In this document: positions 55,917 through 64,000 of the stretch, in pieces | Numbering within the stretch: the stretch's first letter is position 1 | Layout: each line of letters starts with the position of its first letter | Origin: Acidimicrobiia bacterium | GTDB lineage: Bacteria > Actinomycetota > Acidimicrobiia > Spongiisociales > ZC4RG35 | Reading direction: 5' to 3' | NCBI GenBank assembly: GCA_036555105.1 | Contig: DATBMA010000114.1 | Location: forward strand, 869-64,868 | Length of the DNA: 64,000 nucleotides | Translations under genes and position numbers: made by a program | Notes under the pieces: model-generated | What the model saw: the letters and a program-made list of their open reading frames with translations, nothing else | The model's database searches: none | Told to the model about the DNA's origin: nothing

Positions 55917-58421
55917 GTGAGCGATCTTCCCCAGAGCGTGCGGGTCGTCGTCATCGGGGCCGGCATCAACGGCAACTCGCTGGTCGGCCACCTGGCCGAG
56001 CTCGGCTGGAAGGACATCCTCCAGATCGACAAGGGGCCGTTGCCCAACCCGGGCGGGTCCACAGGCCATGCCTCCAACTTCATCTTCCCGGTCGACCACT
56101 CCAAGGAGATGGCGATGCTGACGCTCGACAGCCAGCGTCAGTACGCCGACATGGGGGTCAACACGGTTTCGGGCGGGATCGAGGTCGCCCGCACTGCGGA
56201 GCGCATGGAAGAGCTGCGCCGCCGTATGACCAGCGCCACCTCTTGGGGGATCGAGGCCGAGCTGATCTCGCCCAGCCAGGTCAAGGAGCTGGTGCCGTTC
56301 ATCAACCAGGACATCGTGCTCGGCGGCTTCTACACACCAAGCGTCTCCGTGGTCGACTCATTGCGGGCCGGGACCCTGTTCAGGGAACGGGCCCAGGCCC
56401 TGGAGGCCCTCACGGTCTCGCCGAACACCGAGGTGCTCGGCATCGAGGTCGAGCGGGGCCGGGTCAGAGCGGTGGTCACCGATCGTGGCCGTGTGGAGGC
56501 CGAGTACGTGATCATCGCCTGCGGGGTTTGGAGCCCGCGGCTGGCTGAAATGGCCGGCGCCACCATCCCGCTGACCCCGGCGGTCCATCAGATGATCGAC
56601 GTCGGGCCGATCCCGATCCTGCAGGAGACCGGGGGCGAGATCGCATTCCCGATCGTTCGTGACATGGACACCTTCATGTACGAACGGCAGACGGCGGGAT
56701 CGATGGAGGTGGGGTCGTACGCCCACCGCCCGATCTTCCACGATCCCGACGACATCCCCTCCCTCAAGGAGGCCCGCCTCTCGCCGACCGAGCTCCCTTT
56801 CACTGCCGATGACTTCGACCCGCAGATGGAGGACGCGCTCGAGCTGATGGGCGACATATTGGGCGGGGCCGAGATCCGATACGCCATCAACGGCCTGCTC
56901 TCGCTCACCCCGGACGGGATGCCCCTCCTGGGGGAGACGGTGGAGGTCCGCAACCTGTGGTCGGCGTCGGCCGTGTGGATCAAAGAGGGCCCGGGAGTCG
57001 GTCGGATGTTGGCCGAGTGGATGACCGACGGATACCCCGAGCTTGATCCGCACTCCTCCGACATCGCCCGCTTCTACGACTACGGCCGGACCATGCATCA
57101 CATCCGGGCGCGATGCTCGGAGCACTTCAACAAGACCTACGGGATCATCCACCCCCGAGAGCAGTGGGCCACTGACCGCAACTTCCGGCTGGCCCCTTTC
57201 CATGCCCGAACCCAGGCATTGGGCGCCGTCTACTTCCAAGCAGGTGGCTGGGAGCGTCCTCACTGGTACGAGTCGAACGCCGGCCTCGTCTCCGACTACG
57301 GCGTCGAGGATCGGCCCCACGAGTGGGACGCCCGCTGGTGGTCGCCGATCATCAACGCCGAGCATCTGGCCATGCGGGAGCGGGTGGGGATGATCGACCT
57401 CTCTCCTTTCGTCATCTTCGATCTGACCGGGCCCGGGGTCTTCGACTACGTGCAACGGATGGCGGTCAACTCACTCGACGTGGCGGTCGGGCGGTCGGTC
57501 TACACGCCGCTGCTGACGCCTCAGGGAGGGTTCAAGGCCGACCTCACGATCATGCGGCTGGGAGAGGAGCACTTCCGGGTGGTGACCGGGGCCTTCGACG
57601 GCCCCCGTGACAAGCACTGGTTCCGCAAGCACCTCCCGGAAGACGGGTCCGTGCAGTTCGTCGACAACACCGGCGCCATCTGCACCATCGGCGTTTGGGG
57701 GCCGAAGGCACGCAACTTCCTGCAATCACTCACCGGCGACGACCTCTCCGATGATGGCTTCCCATACGGGTCGGTGCGCACGGTCGGCTTCGGGCCCCTC
57801 ATCACCCGCATGTTCCGCATCTCATATGTCGGTGAGCTCGGGTGGGAGATCTACTGCCCGATGGAAGGGGGGCTCGCCCTCTGGGACATGCTGTGGGAGG
57901 CCGGAGTGGGCCATGACCTGGTGGCGGTCGGAGCGGGCGTCTACGGCACCACCGGTCGGATGGAGAAGGGCTACCGCCTATTCGGGTCCGAGCTCGACAG
58001 TGAGTACACCCCGGTCGAGGCCGGCCTGGCCCGACCAAGGGTGAAGTCGGCCGACTTCGTCGGCAAGGAGGCGTACCTGGCGGCGCGGAAGGAGGAGCCG
58101 GCTGCGGTTCTCTGCACGCTGACAGTCGAGGACCACACCTCGGCGGCGGGAATCCCTCGTTACATGACCGGGCGGGAGCCGGTCCTCACGCTCGACGGCA
58201 AGCGGATCGTCGACCGCAAGGACAGGCCCTCTTACGTGACCAGCGCCGGCTCGGGCCCCTCGGTCGGCAAGTACCTGTTGATGGCCTACCTGCCGCCCGA
58301 GCAGGCGGTGGTTGGCACCGAGCTGCGGGTCATGTACATGAACGAGCAGTTCCCGGTCCAGGTGGCGGTGGCAGGCAGCACCCCGTTGTTCGACCCCGAC
58401 GACCGGCGGATGAAGGCTTAG
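55917..58421 (+). CDS. FAD-dependent oxidoreductase with a C-terminal GcvT (aminomethyltransferase) domain: dimethylglycine/sarcosine dehydrogenase family
   Basis: 834 aa. An N-terminal DAO domain (VVVIGAGINGNSLVGHLAELG) is followed by a GCV_T folate-binding domain and a GCV_T_C domain. The architecture is that of DMGDH/SarDH/DMG oxidase. Confidence 0.85.
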   Translation: MSDLPQSVRVVVIGAGINGNSLVGHLAELGWKDILQIDKGPLPNPGGSTGHASNFIFPVDHSKEMAMLTLDSQRQYADMGVNTVSGGIEVARTAERMEELRRRMTSATSWGIEAELISPSQVKELVPFINQDIVLGGFYTPSVSVVDSLRAGTLFRERAQALEALTVSPNTEVLGIEVERGRVRAVVTDRGRVEAEYVIIACGVWSPRLAEMAGATIPLTPAVHQMIDVGPIPILQETGGEIAFPIVRDMDTFMYERQTAGSMEVGSYAHRPIFHDPDDIPSLKEARLSPTELPFTADDFDPQMEDALELMGDILGGAEIRYAINGLLSLTPDGMPLLGETVEVRNLWSASAVWIKEGPGVGRMLAEWMTDGYPELDPHSSDIARFYDYGRTMHHIRARCSEHFNKTYGIIHPREQWATDRNFRLAPFHARTQALGAVYFQAGGWERPHWYESNAGLVSDYGVEDRPHEWDARWWSPIINAEHLAMRERVGMIDLSPFVIFDLTGPGVFDYVQRMAVNSLDVAVGRSVYTPLLTPQGGFKADLTIMRLGEEHFRVVTGAFDGPRDKHWFRKHLPEDGSVQFVDNTGAICTIGVWGPKARNFLQSLTGDDLSDDGFPYGSVRTVGFGPLITRMFRISYVGELGWEIYCPMEGGLALWDMLWEAGVGHDLVAVGAGVYGTTGRMEKGYRLFGSELDSEYTPVEAGLARPRVKSADFVGKEAYLAARKEEPAAVLCTLTVEDHTSAAGIPRYMTGREPVLTLDGKRIVDRKDRPSYVTSAGSGPSVGKYLLMAYLPPEQAVVGTELRVMYMNEQFPVQVAVAGSTPLFDPDDRRMKA

Positions 58422-58423
58422 GA

Positions 58424-58474
58424 CGGTCTCGCGGTCTCACGGTCTCACTGTGAGGCCTCGAAACCATGAGACCG
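58424..58474. repeat. GTCTCAC-family intergenic element R11
   Basis: cggtctcg-cggtctcac-ggtctcac-tgtgaggcc-tcgaaacc-atgagaccgg. The termini are inverted (cggtctc...gagaccg). Confidence 0.75.
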
Positions 58475-58523
58475 GCCGGGCCGCTCGGGGATCGGCCATG
58501 GGTCGTAAGCTCTGGCCGCCCCT

Positions 58524-59294
58524 ATGAGCCTGCGTGTACTCGTCTGCGTCAAGCGCGTCCCCGCGCCCGGAGCTGAAATCGTCCTCACCGATGACCGGAA
58601 GCGGCTGGACACCGAGTTCCTCGGCTTCACCACCAGCCCCCACGAGGAGTGTGCGGTGGAGGAGGCGGTAAGAATCAAAGAGAGTTCCGGCGGCACGGTC
58701 ACTGTTCTGACCCTTGGTCCCGAGGAGGCCGAAGAGCAGCTGCGTTACGCGGTGTCGGTGGGGGCCGACCAAGCCGTGCTGATCGTCAACCAGGGCGACG
58801 ACCTCGATCCGCAGGCGACGTCGAGTGCAGTCGCGGCGGCGATCCGGTCGCTCGAGGAAGCCGAGGGCCCTTTCAACCTGATCCTCTTCGGCAACGAGTC
58901 CGCGGACTCCGGCGGGTACCAGGTAGGTGTGAGAGTCGCATTCGCCCTCGGTCGGCCGATGGTCAACGGCATCAAGGGGATCGAGGTGGAGCAGGGATCG
59001 ATCACCGCCCGCCGCGCCACCGACGCGGGCTTCGAGGTGTACCGGCTGCCTATGCCGGCGGTGCTCGGAGTGAAGGAGGGCATCAACCTTCCTCGTTATC
59101 CGACGCTGACCGGTCGCCTTGCTTCCAAGAAGGTGGTGATCGAGAGACGTGAGCTCACCCCCGAGCGGGGCGGATTGGAGCTGGTCGAGCTCTCGAGGCC
59201 GGTTCAGCAGAAGGTCGACACCGTCATGCTTGGCCGGGGGGCGGATGCCGCCCCCCGGGTGGTCGACACGCTGGTCGAATTGGGAGTCTTGTGA
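58524..59294 (+). CDS. etfB: Electron transfer flavoprotein beta subunit
   Basis: MSLRVLVCVKRVP... is the canonical EtfB N-terminus. Confidence 0.9.
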   Translation: MSLRVLVCVKRVPAPGAEIVLTDDRKRLDTEFLGFTTSPHEECAVEEAVRIKESSGGTVTVLTLGPEEAEEQLRYAVSVGADQAVLIVNQGDDLDPQATSSAVAAAIRSLEEAEGPFNLILFGNESADSGGYQVGVRVAFALGRPMVNGIKGIEVEQGSITARRATDAGFEVYRLPMPAVLGVKEGINLPRYPTLTGRLASKKVVIERRELTPERGGLELVELSRPVQQKVDTVMLGRGADAAPRVVDTLVELGVL

Positions 59295-60253
59295 GCGTCC
59301 TGGTATTGGTCGATCACGACCGCGGGACCGTCACCGTCGAGACCTATGAGGCACTCAACCTCGCCCGGTCGGTCATCGCCGAAGGGGAGCCGCTCGAGGC
59401 GGCCCTGATCGGCACCGGCCTGCGAGGTCTGGCCGCCGACCTGGGCGGCAGGGGGGTGAGCAAGGTGCACCTGGTCGATGACCCGATCCTGGACGACTAC
59501 GGACCGGAGGCCTGGGGGGAGGCCCTGGCCCAGCTGGTGGTGAGCAGCGGCCCGGCTGTGGTCATCGCTCCCGGCACCGACCGCGGCAATGAGGTCATGG
59601 CTCAGATGGCAGCCCGTGCCGAGCTCCCTCTGGCCGTCAATGTTGTGGCCTACGACCGAGCGGCGGGGAACCTCACCCGTCTCCGCTGGGGAGGCAGTCT
59701 GCTGGAGAACGCGGTGCTCAACTCACCCCTCCCCTTCCTGACCGTGGCCCCACACGCATTGGACCCGGTCGAGCCAGGGTCAGGCGAGTCCGAGGCCATC
59801 GAGTTCTCGCCGCTGCTCGATGCGGGTCTGGCCCGCACCAAGGTGGTGGATCGGGTCACCCTTTCTGCCGGGGCCACCCTGGCGACCGCGCCGGTGGTGG
59901 TGAGCGGCGGCCGCGGGGTGGGTGGATCAGAGGGATTCGCGGTGCTCGAGGAGCTGGCCTCGCTGCTGGGAGGGGTGGTCGGTTGCTCGCGGGTGGTCAC
60001 CAACAACGGATGGCGGCCCCACGCCGACCAGGTCGGTCAAACCGGGACCAGGGTCGCCCCCACCCTCTACATGGCCTGCGGCATCTCCGGGGCAATCCAG
60101 CACTGGGTCGGGTGCATGGCCGCGAAGAACATCATGGCGATCAATATCGACCCCGAGGCCCCGATGGTCTCCAAGGCCGACTACGCGGTGATCGGCGACC
60201 TCCACGAGGTGCTGCCTGCCGTCGTCGCCGAGATCAAGCGCCGACAGGGCTGA
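59291..60253 (+). CDS. etfA: Electron transfer flavoprotein alpha subunit
   Basis: EtfA N-domain plus the FAD-binding C-domain (...GISGAIQHWVG...). Its start overlaps the etfB stop. Confidence 0.9.
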   Translation: MSVLVLVDHDRGTVTVETYEALNLARSVIAEGEPLEAALIGTGLRGLAADLGGRGVSKVHLVDDPILDDYGPEAWGEALAQLVVSSGPAVVIAPGTDRGNEVMAQMAARAELPLAVNVVAYDRAAGNLTRLRWGGSLLENAVLNSPLPFLTVAPHALDPVEPGSGESEAIEFSPLLDAGLARTKVVDRVTLSAGATLATAPVVVSGGRGVGGSEGFAVLEELASLLGGVVGCSRVVTNNGWRPHADQVGQTGTRVAPTLYMACGISGAIQHWVGCMAAKNIMAINIDPEAPMVSKADYAVIGDLHEVLPAVVAEIKRRQG

Positions 60254-60273
60254 AGCAGAGGAGAATCACCGAC

Positions 60274-61971
60274 ATGGCCTTTCCCACCGATCTCGAGATC
60301 GCACGCCGCGCGGAGTTGAAGCCGATCGCCGAGATCGCGATGGGGATGGGGATACCAGGCGAGCACCTGGTCCCCTACGGGTCCGGCGTCGCCAAGGTCA
60401 GGTTGGAGGCAGTGGAGGCGATGTCCGACCGCCCGGCCGCCAAGTACGTGGTGGTCACCGCCATCACTCCCACCCCGCTGGGTGAGGGCAAGACCACCAC
60501 CACCGTCGGGCTGGGCCAGGCCTTTCGCCACGTCGGCATGGAGGCCACCGTCGCCATCCGCCAGCCGTCGATGGGCCCCACCTTCGGGATCAAGGGAGGG
60601 GCCGCCGGGGGCGGCTTCAGCCAGGTGGTCCCGATGGAGCTGCTCAACCTCCACCTCACAGGTGACATGCATGCAGTGACCGCTGCCCACAACCTGCTGG
60701 CCGCGGTCATCGACAACCATCTCTTCCAGGGCAACCAGCTCTCGATCGTGCGCGACGATGTGACCTGGCGGCGGGTGTTGGATGTGAACGACCGCTCCCT
60801 TCGCAACGTCGTCATCGGGCTGGGCGCCAAGGCGGACGGGGTACCCCGTCAGACCGGCTTCGACATCACCGCTGCCTCCGAGGTGATGGCCATCCTGGCC
60901 CTCTCGACCTCCCTGCAGGACATGCGGGCGCGACTGGGCCGCATCGTCATCGGGGTCGACCGGCGGGGCGAGACCATCACCGCCGAAGACCTCAGGGGGG
61001 CCGGGGCCATGGCGGTGATCATGCGGGAGGCGATAAAGCCCAACCTGATGCAGACCCTCGAGAACACCCCGGTCCTGGTGCACGCCGGGCCTTTTGGCAA
61101 CATCGCCCACGGGAACTCATCCGTGGTGGCCGACCTGATAGGCATCAGGTCTGGCGACTTCCTCGTCACCGAGGCCGGGTTCGGGGCCGACATGGGGGCG
61201 GAGCGCTTCTTCAACATCAAGTGCCGCAACTCGGGCCTGGCCCCCGATGCCGCAGTGGTGGTGGCGACGGTGCGAGGGCTCAAGGCCCACTCTGGCAACC
61301 ACCGGATCATCGCAGGCAGGCCGCTGCCCGAGGCATTGCTGGTGGAGAACCCGGACGAGGTGCACATGGGAGGGGAGAACCTCGCCAAGCAGATCGACAA
61401 CGTCCGGCTGCACGGTGTGACTCCGGTGGTGGCGATCAACGCTTTCCCGGATGACCACCCCTCCGAGCACGAGGCGATCAAGCAGATCGCGGCTGAGGCC
61501 GGGGCGAGGGTGGCGGTCTCGACCCACTTCGCCGAGGGCGGGAAGGGGGCGGCCGAGCTGGCCGAGGCGGTGGCGGAGGCAGCGGCCGAGCCCTCCGAGT
61601 TCAAGATGCTCTACCCGGACACGGCCACGCTGCGGGAGAAGGTCGAGGCCGTTGCCACCAAGGTCTACGGGGCGGCCAAGGTCCGTTACGACTTGGAGGC
61701 GGCGCGGCGGATCGACTACTACCAACAGAAAGGGTTCGGGCACCTACCGGTCTGTATCGCCAAGACCCATCTTTCGATCTCGTCGGATGCAACTTTGAAG
61801 GGCGCACCGACGGGTTGGACGTTGCCGGTGCGGGAGGTGAGGGCCTCGGTAGGGGCGGGGTTCATCTATCCCATCTGCGGGGACATGCGCACCATGCCAG
61901 GGCTGTCCGCAACGCCGGCGGCCTTCTCGATCGACGTCGACGAGTTCGGGGAGATCGTCGGGCTCAGCTAG
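60274..61971 (+). CDS. fhs: Formate--tetrahydrofolate ligase
   Basis: PTPLGEGKTTTTVGL P-loop and full-length FTHFS similarity. An AGAGGAG Shine-Dalgarno lies 10 nt upstream of the ATG at 60274. Confidence 0.9.
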   Translation: MAFPTDLEIARRAELKPIAEIAMGMGIPGEHLVPYGSGVAKVRLEAVEAMSDRPAAKYVVVTAITPTPLGEGKTTTTVGLGQAFRHVGMEATVAIRQPSMGPTFGIKGGAAGGGFSQVVPMELLNLHLTGDMHAVTAAHNLLAAVIDNHLFQGNQLSIVRDDVTWRRVLDVNDRSLRNVVIGLGAKADGVPRQTGFDITAASEVMAILALSTSLQDMRARLGRIVIGVDRRGETITAEDLRGAGAMAVIMREAIKPNLMQTLENTPVLVHAGPFGNIAHGNSSVVADLIGIRSGDFLVTEAGFGADMGAERFFNIKCRNSGLAPDAAVVVATVRGLKAHSGNHRIIAGRPLPEALLVENPDEVHMGGENLAKQIDNVRLHGVTPVVAINAFPDDHPSEHEAIKQIAAEAGARVAVSTHFAEGGKGAAELAEAVAEAAAEPSEFKMLYPDTATLREKVEAVATKVYGAAKVRYDLEAARRIDYYQQKGFGHLPVCIAKTHLSISSDATLKGAPTGWTLPVREVRASVGAGFIYPICGDMRTMPGLSATPAAFSIDVDEFGEIVGLS

Positions 61972-63178
61972 CCGCCAGCCGCAGGGGGCCCGGCGCGGCG
62001 TCGTCGTCGAGCAGGATGAAGGCACCCAGACCGAGCAGGAGTCGGGGAACCAGGGCAATCCAGGCGTCGGCGGCGACGCCCCCTGCGGCGAGCTGGATCC
62101 AAGGCGCGGAGACCCAGATGGCGAGCACCATCCACCCGATGAGCAGCCGCCGCCGCGCACCCGCGGCCGCCAGGGTGAGGGCCAGCGGGACCAGCACCAC
62201 GTCGTAGCTCGGCCAGGAGATCGGGATCGCCAGCAGGCCGGCGATGATCCACAGCCACGGCTGGTCGAGCGTGCGGCGCCGGAATCGGAGCCAGCACAGT
62301 GCCAATGACAGGCCCAGGAGCAGTGAGGAGGCCGCGATCGCCCAGGGTACCGGGGCGCCAAGGTCGTAGATGAGTGATGGCAGCGAAGCGTTCGAAGGCC
62401 ATCCGATCCAACCCTCGGCCACCTGTCCGAACGCCCCGGCGGCAATCGAGAGCGAAACACCCGGAAGCACCATGCCCGCCGCGTTCAGGAGAAGCGCCAC
62501 CCCGATGGCAGCAAGGGCGGGGCGATATCGCCTCGAGGCAAGAAGTGGGACGAGTAGGGCGGCCGGCCAGAGCTTGAGGCAAATCGCTGCCGCCAGCAGA
62601 GCACCGGAGGCGAGCTCGCGGCGTTCGAGGAGGGCCCAGCTCCCGAGGACCAGGAGCGCCACGAGCGCGCTCTGGCTCCCGATGTAGGCGGTCTGGAGGA
62701 CCGGCATCGACAGCCCGGCCAGGGTCCACCAGCGCCACCTGGGGCCATCCACCAAGGACGCGCTCCAGCCGATCAGGACGGTGAGGAGTGCGACGTTGAC
62801 GCCGAACCAGACGAAATAGACGGCATCGAAAGGCACCAGGGCCAGCGGCAGAGCGAGCAACAGGGCGCCCGGGGTGCGGGGGTGGGGGGTGTCGGTGGCA
62901 CCGACCATGAGGATGAGGTCCACCGGGGGGTCGAGCTGGCGAGCGAGCTCAGTCGGTGACAGGTAGGCGTTGCTGGTCAGAGCACCATGGACGGCCAGCC
63001 AGTCGTGTTCGATGTCGGTGACGTCGGGCGGCCGCGAGTTGGTCAGCCAGGCCGCCACTCCGACCAGCACCCCGACGCCAAGGGCGAAACCGATCCAGGC
63101 GGCATTCGACCGCGGGACTGAGGTGCCACTCCGGCTTGTGTCTGGATCCCGATCGAGGGCGGGCTGTCTGGTGCGCAC
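61964..63178 (-). CDS. GT87/DUF2029-family integral membrane glycosyltransferase-like protein
   Basis: 404 aa, polytopic, with the conserved LKLWPA-type motif region of the DUF2029/GT87 mannosyltransferase family. Confidence 0.65.
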   Translation of the reverse strand: MRTRQPALDRDPDTSRSGTSVPRSNAAWIGFALGVGVLVGVAAWLTNSRPPDVTDIEHDWLAVHGALTSNAYLSPTELARQLDPPVDLILMVGATDTPHPRTPGALLLALPLALVPFDAVYFVWFGVNVALLTVLIGWSASLVDGPRWRWWTLAGLSMPVLQTAYIGSQSALVALLVLGSWALLERRELASGALLAAAICLKLWPAALLVPLLASRRYRPALAAIGVALLLNAAGMVLPGVSLSIAAGAFGQVAEGWIGWPSNASLPSLIYDLGAPVPWAIAASSLLLGLSLALCWLRFRRRTLDQPWLWIIAGLLAIPISWPSYDVVLVPLALTLAAAGARRRLLIGWMVLAIWVSAPWIQLAAGGVAADAWIALVPRLLLGLGAFILLDDDAAPGPLRLAAS

Positions 63179-63190
63179 CCTTCGAGCAAG

Positions 63191-64000
63191 CTACCCGACC
63201 GAGCTTCGTGCCTCCATGCTCCGCGAGGGCATCGGGCTGCTGTCACCTCTCAACACCGCCATGCGCAACGCCCCCGACATCAGCACGACCCGCACAGCCA
63301 GTTCCAGCCAACCCGTGTGCATCTCGACTCCGTAGATGAGGTGCAGCCCGGGCAGGAGGATCCAGGCGAGGAGGGCGCCCAGGCCCGCCAAGTGCAGACG
63401 GGCGTCGGCCGAAATAGCCAGGGCGATGGCCAGCGGGAGCAGGATCACGTCGTAGCTCGCCCACGAGAGAGGCACGATCAACAGACCGCCGATCAGCCAC
63501 GGCCATGGCGAGGCAAGCGAGCGGGGGTAGGTCCGATGCAGCCACCAGAACCCGAGCCCGATGGCGGCTGCCGCCGCTGCCGTCGCCATGAGAGCCGGCA
63601 CTCCTGCCATCGACAGCAGCGCGGGCAGGGAGGCATTGGCGCCGAGCCCGATCCAGGTACCGGCCCCGTTGCCGAGAGCCTCGAGCGCGCTCACAAGGTC
63701 CACTCCGGGGAGGGCCAGGCCCGCCAGGGTCAGCCCGGCGATCCCGGCCAGGCCATACATGACCGCTCGCCGGCGTCGGTGGACCAGCCACGCCACCAGG
63801 AAGACAGCCGGCCATACCTTCAGGCAGACGGCGGCAGCCAGCATCAGCCCGGCCAGCAGATCCTGGTCACCCTCGGCCGCGAGCCATGCTCCAAGGACGA
63901 GCAGGGCAACGAACGTCGCCTGGCCGCCGAAGTAGAGGGTCGAGATCATCGGCATGGAGACTGCGGCTGTCATGCCCCATATCCAGCTCCGCCGCACGCC
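63191..64000 (-). CDS. GT87/DUF2029-family paralog (C-terminal part; N-terminus lies beyond the window end)
   Basis: Aligns to residues of about 150 to the end of the preceding paralog (…CLKVWPAVFLVAWL… against …CLKLWPAALLVPLL…). The frame is open to the window edge. Confidence 0.6.
   Translation of the reverse strand, partial: GVRRSWIWGMTAAVSMPMISTLYFGGQATFVALLVLGAWLAAEGDQDLLAGLMLAAAVCLKVWPAVFLVAWLVHRRRRAVMYGLAGIAGLTLAGLALPGVDLVSALEALGNGAGTWIGLGANASLPALLSMAGVPALMATAAAAAAIGLGFWWLHRTYPRSLASPWPWLIGGLLIVPLSWASYDVILLPLAIALAISADARLHLAGLGALLAWILLPGLHLIYGVEMHTGWLELAVRVVLMSGALRMAVLRGDSSPMPSRSMEARSSVG

Noticed and set aside
10971-58474. Could the tandem GTCTCAC arrays be degenerate CRISPR arrays?
   Set aside because: The units are 7-8 nt and directly contiguous with no unique spacers. 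Arrays are 30-100 bp long. No cas genes are present.
1-64000. tRNA or rRNA genes, and integrase/transposase genes that would mark the betaine region as a mobile island.
   Set aside because: No cloverleaf-like conserved segments or rRNA-like stretches were found by eye in the intergenic regions. No recombinase-like ORFs were found. GC content and the style of overlaps are uniform across the window.

Overview
This is a 64 kb high-GC (about 70%) window with actinobacterial gene content, densely packed with short operons that often use overlapping ATGA/GTGA stop-start junctions. I found no rRNA, tRNA, CRISPR array, transposase or integrase. Left to right the window carries: a potADBC-type ABC importer; acyl-CoA carboxylase alpha/beta subunits; a udk-proC-proline dehydrogenase operon; pspA, bcp and a membrane HdrD-like Fe-S oxidoreductase; an HTH-clpS-DUF2017 block; a form-II coxSLM-coxDE-xdhC Mo-hydroxylase cluster extended by an F420-type LLM oxidoreductase and mocA; DAHP synthase, glnE, nadE, mgtE and greA; and an orphan selD. 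Two things stand out. First, the right third (about 39-62 kb) looks like a quaternary-amine (glycine-betaine type) catabolic island. It is built around a corrinoid-dependent three-component methyltransferase operon: corrinoid protein, DUF1638-like protein, small ORF, MtgA-like pterin-binding methyltransferase, RamA-type 2Fe-2S/ASKHA reductive activase, a non-pyrrolysine MttB-superfamily methyltransferase, and MetF. It is flanked by a homocysteine-S-methyltransferase-domain gene, an IclR regulator, betB plus a translationally coupled SDR, an OpuA/ProVWX betaine ABC transporter, a DMGDH-family FAD/GcvT enzyme, etfBA and fhs. Second, a previously unnamed family of intergenic elements occurs at 11 or more sites in the window. 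They are tandem 7-8 nt units (GTCTCAC(G) with the variants GTCTCGA and GTCGCAC), usually followed by the inverse array (GTGAGAC)n so that a long imperfect palindrome results. Every copy is intergenic, lying at operon ends, in 5' leaders or in divergent promoters. Two copies contain annotated start codons, and one produces a spurious N-terminal extension in the ORF track. Classical GC-rich hairpin terminators sit between convergent genes.
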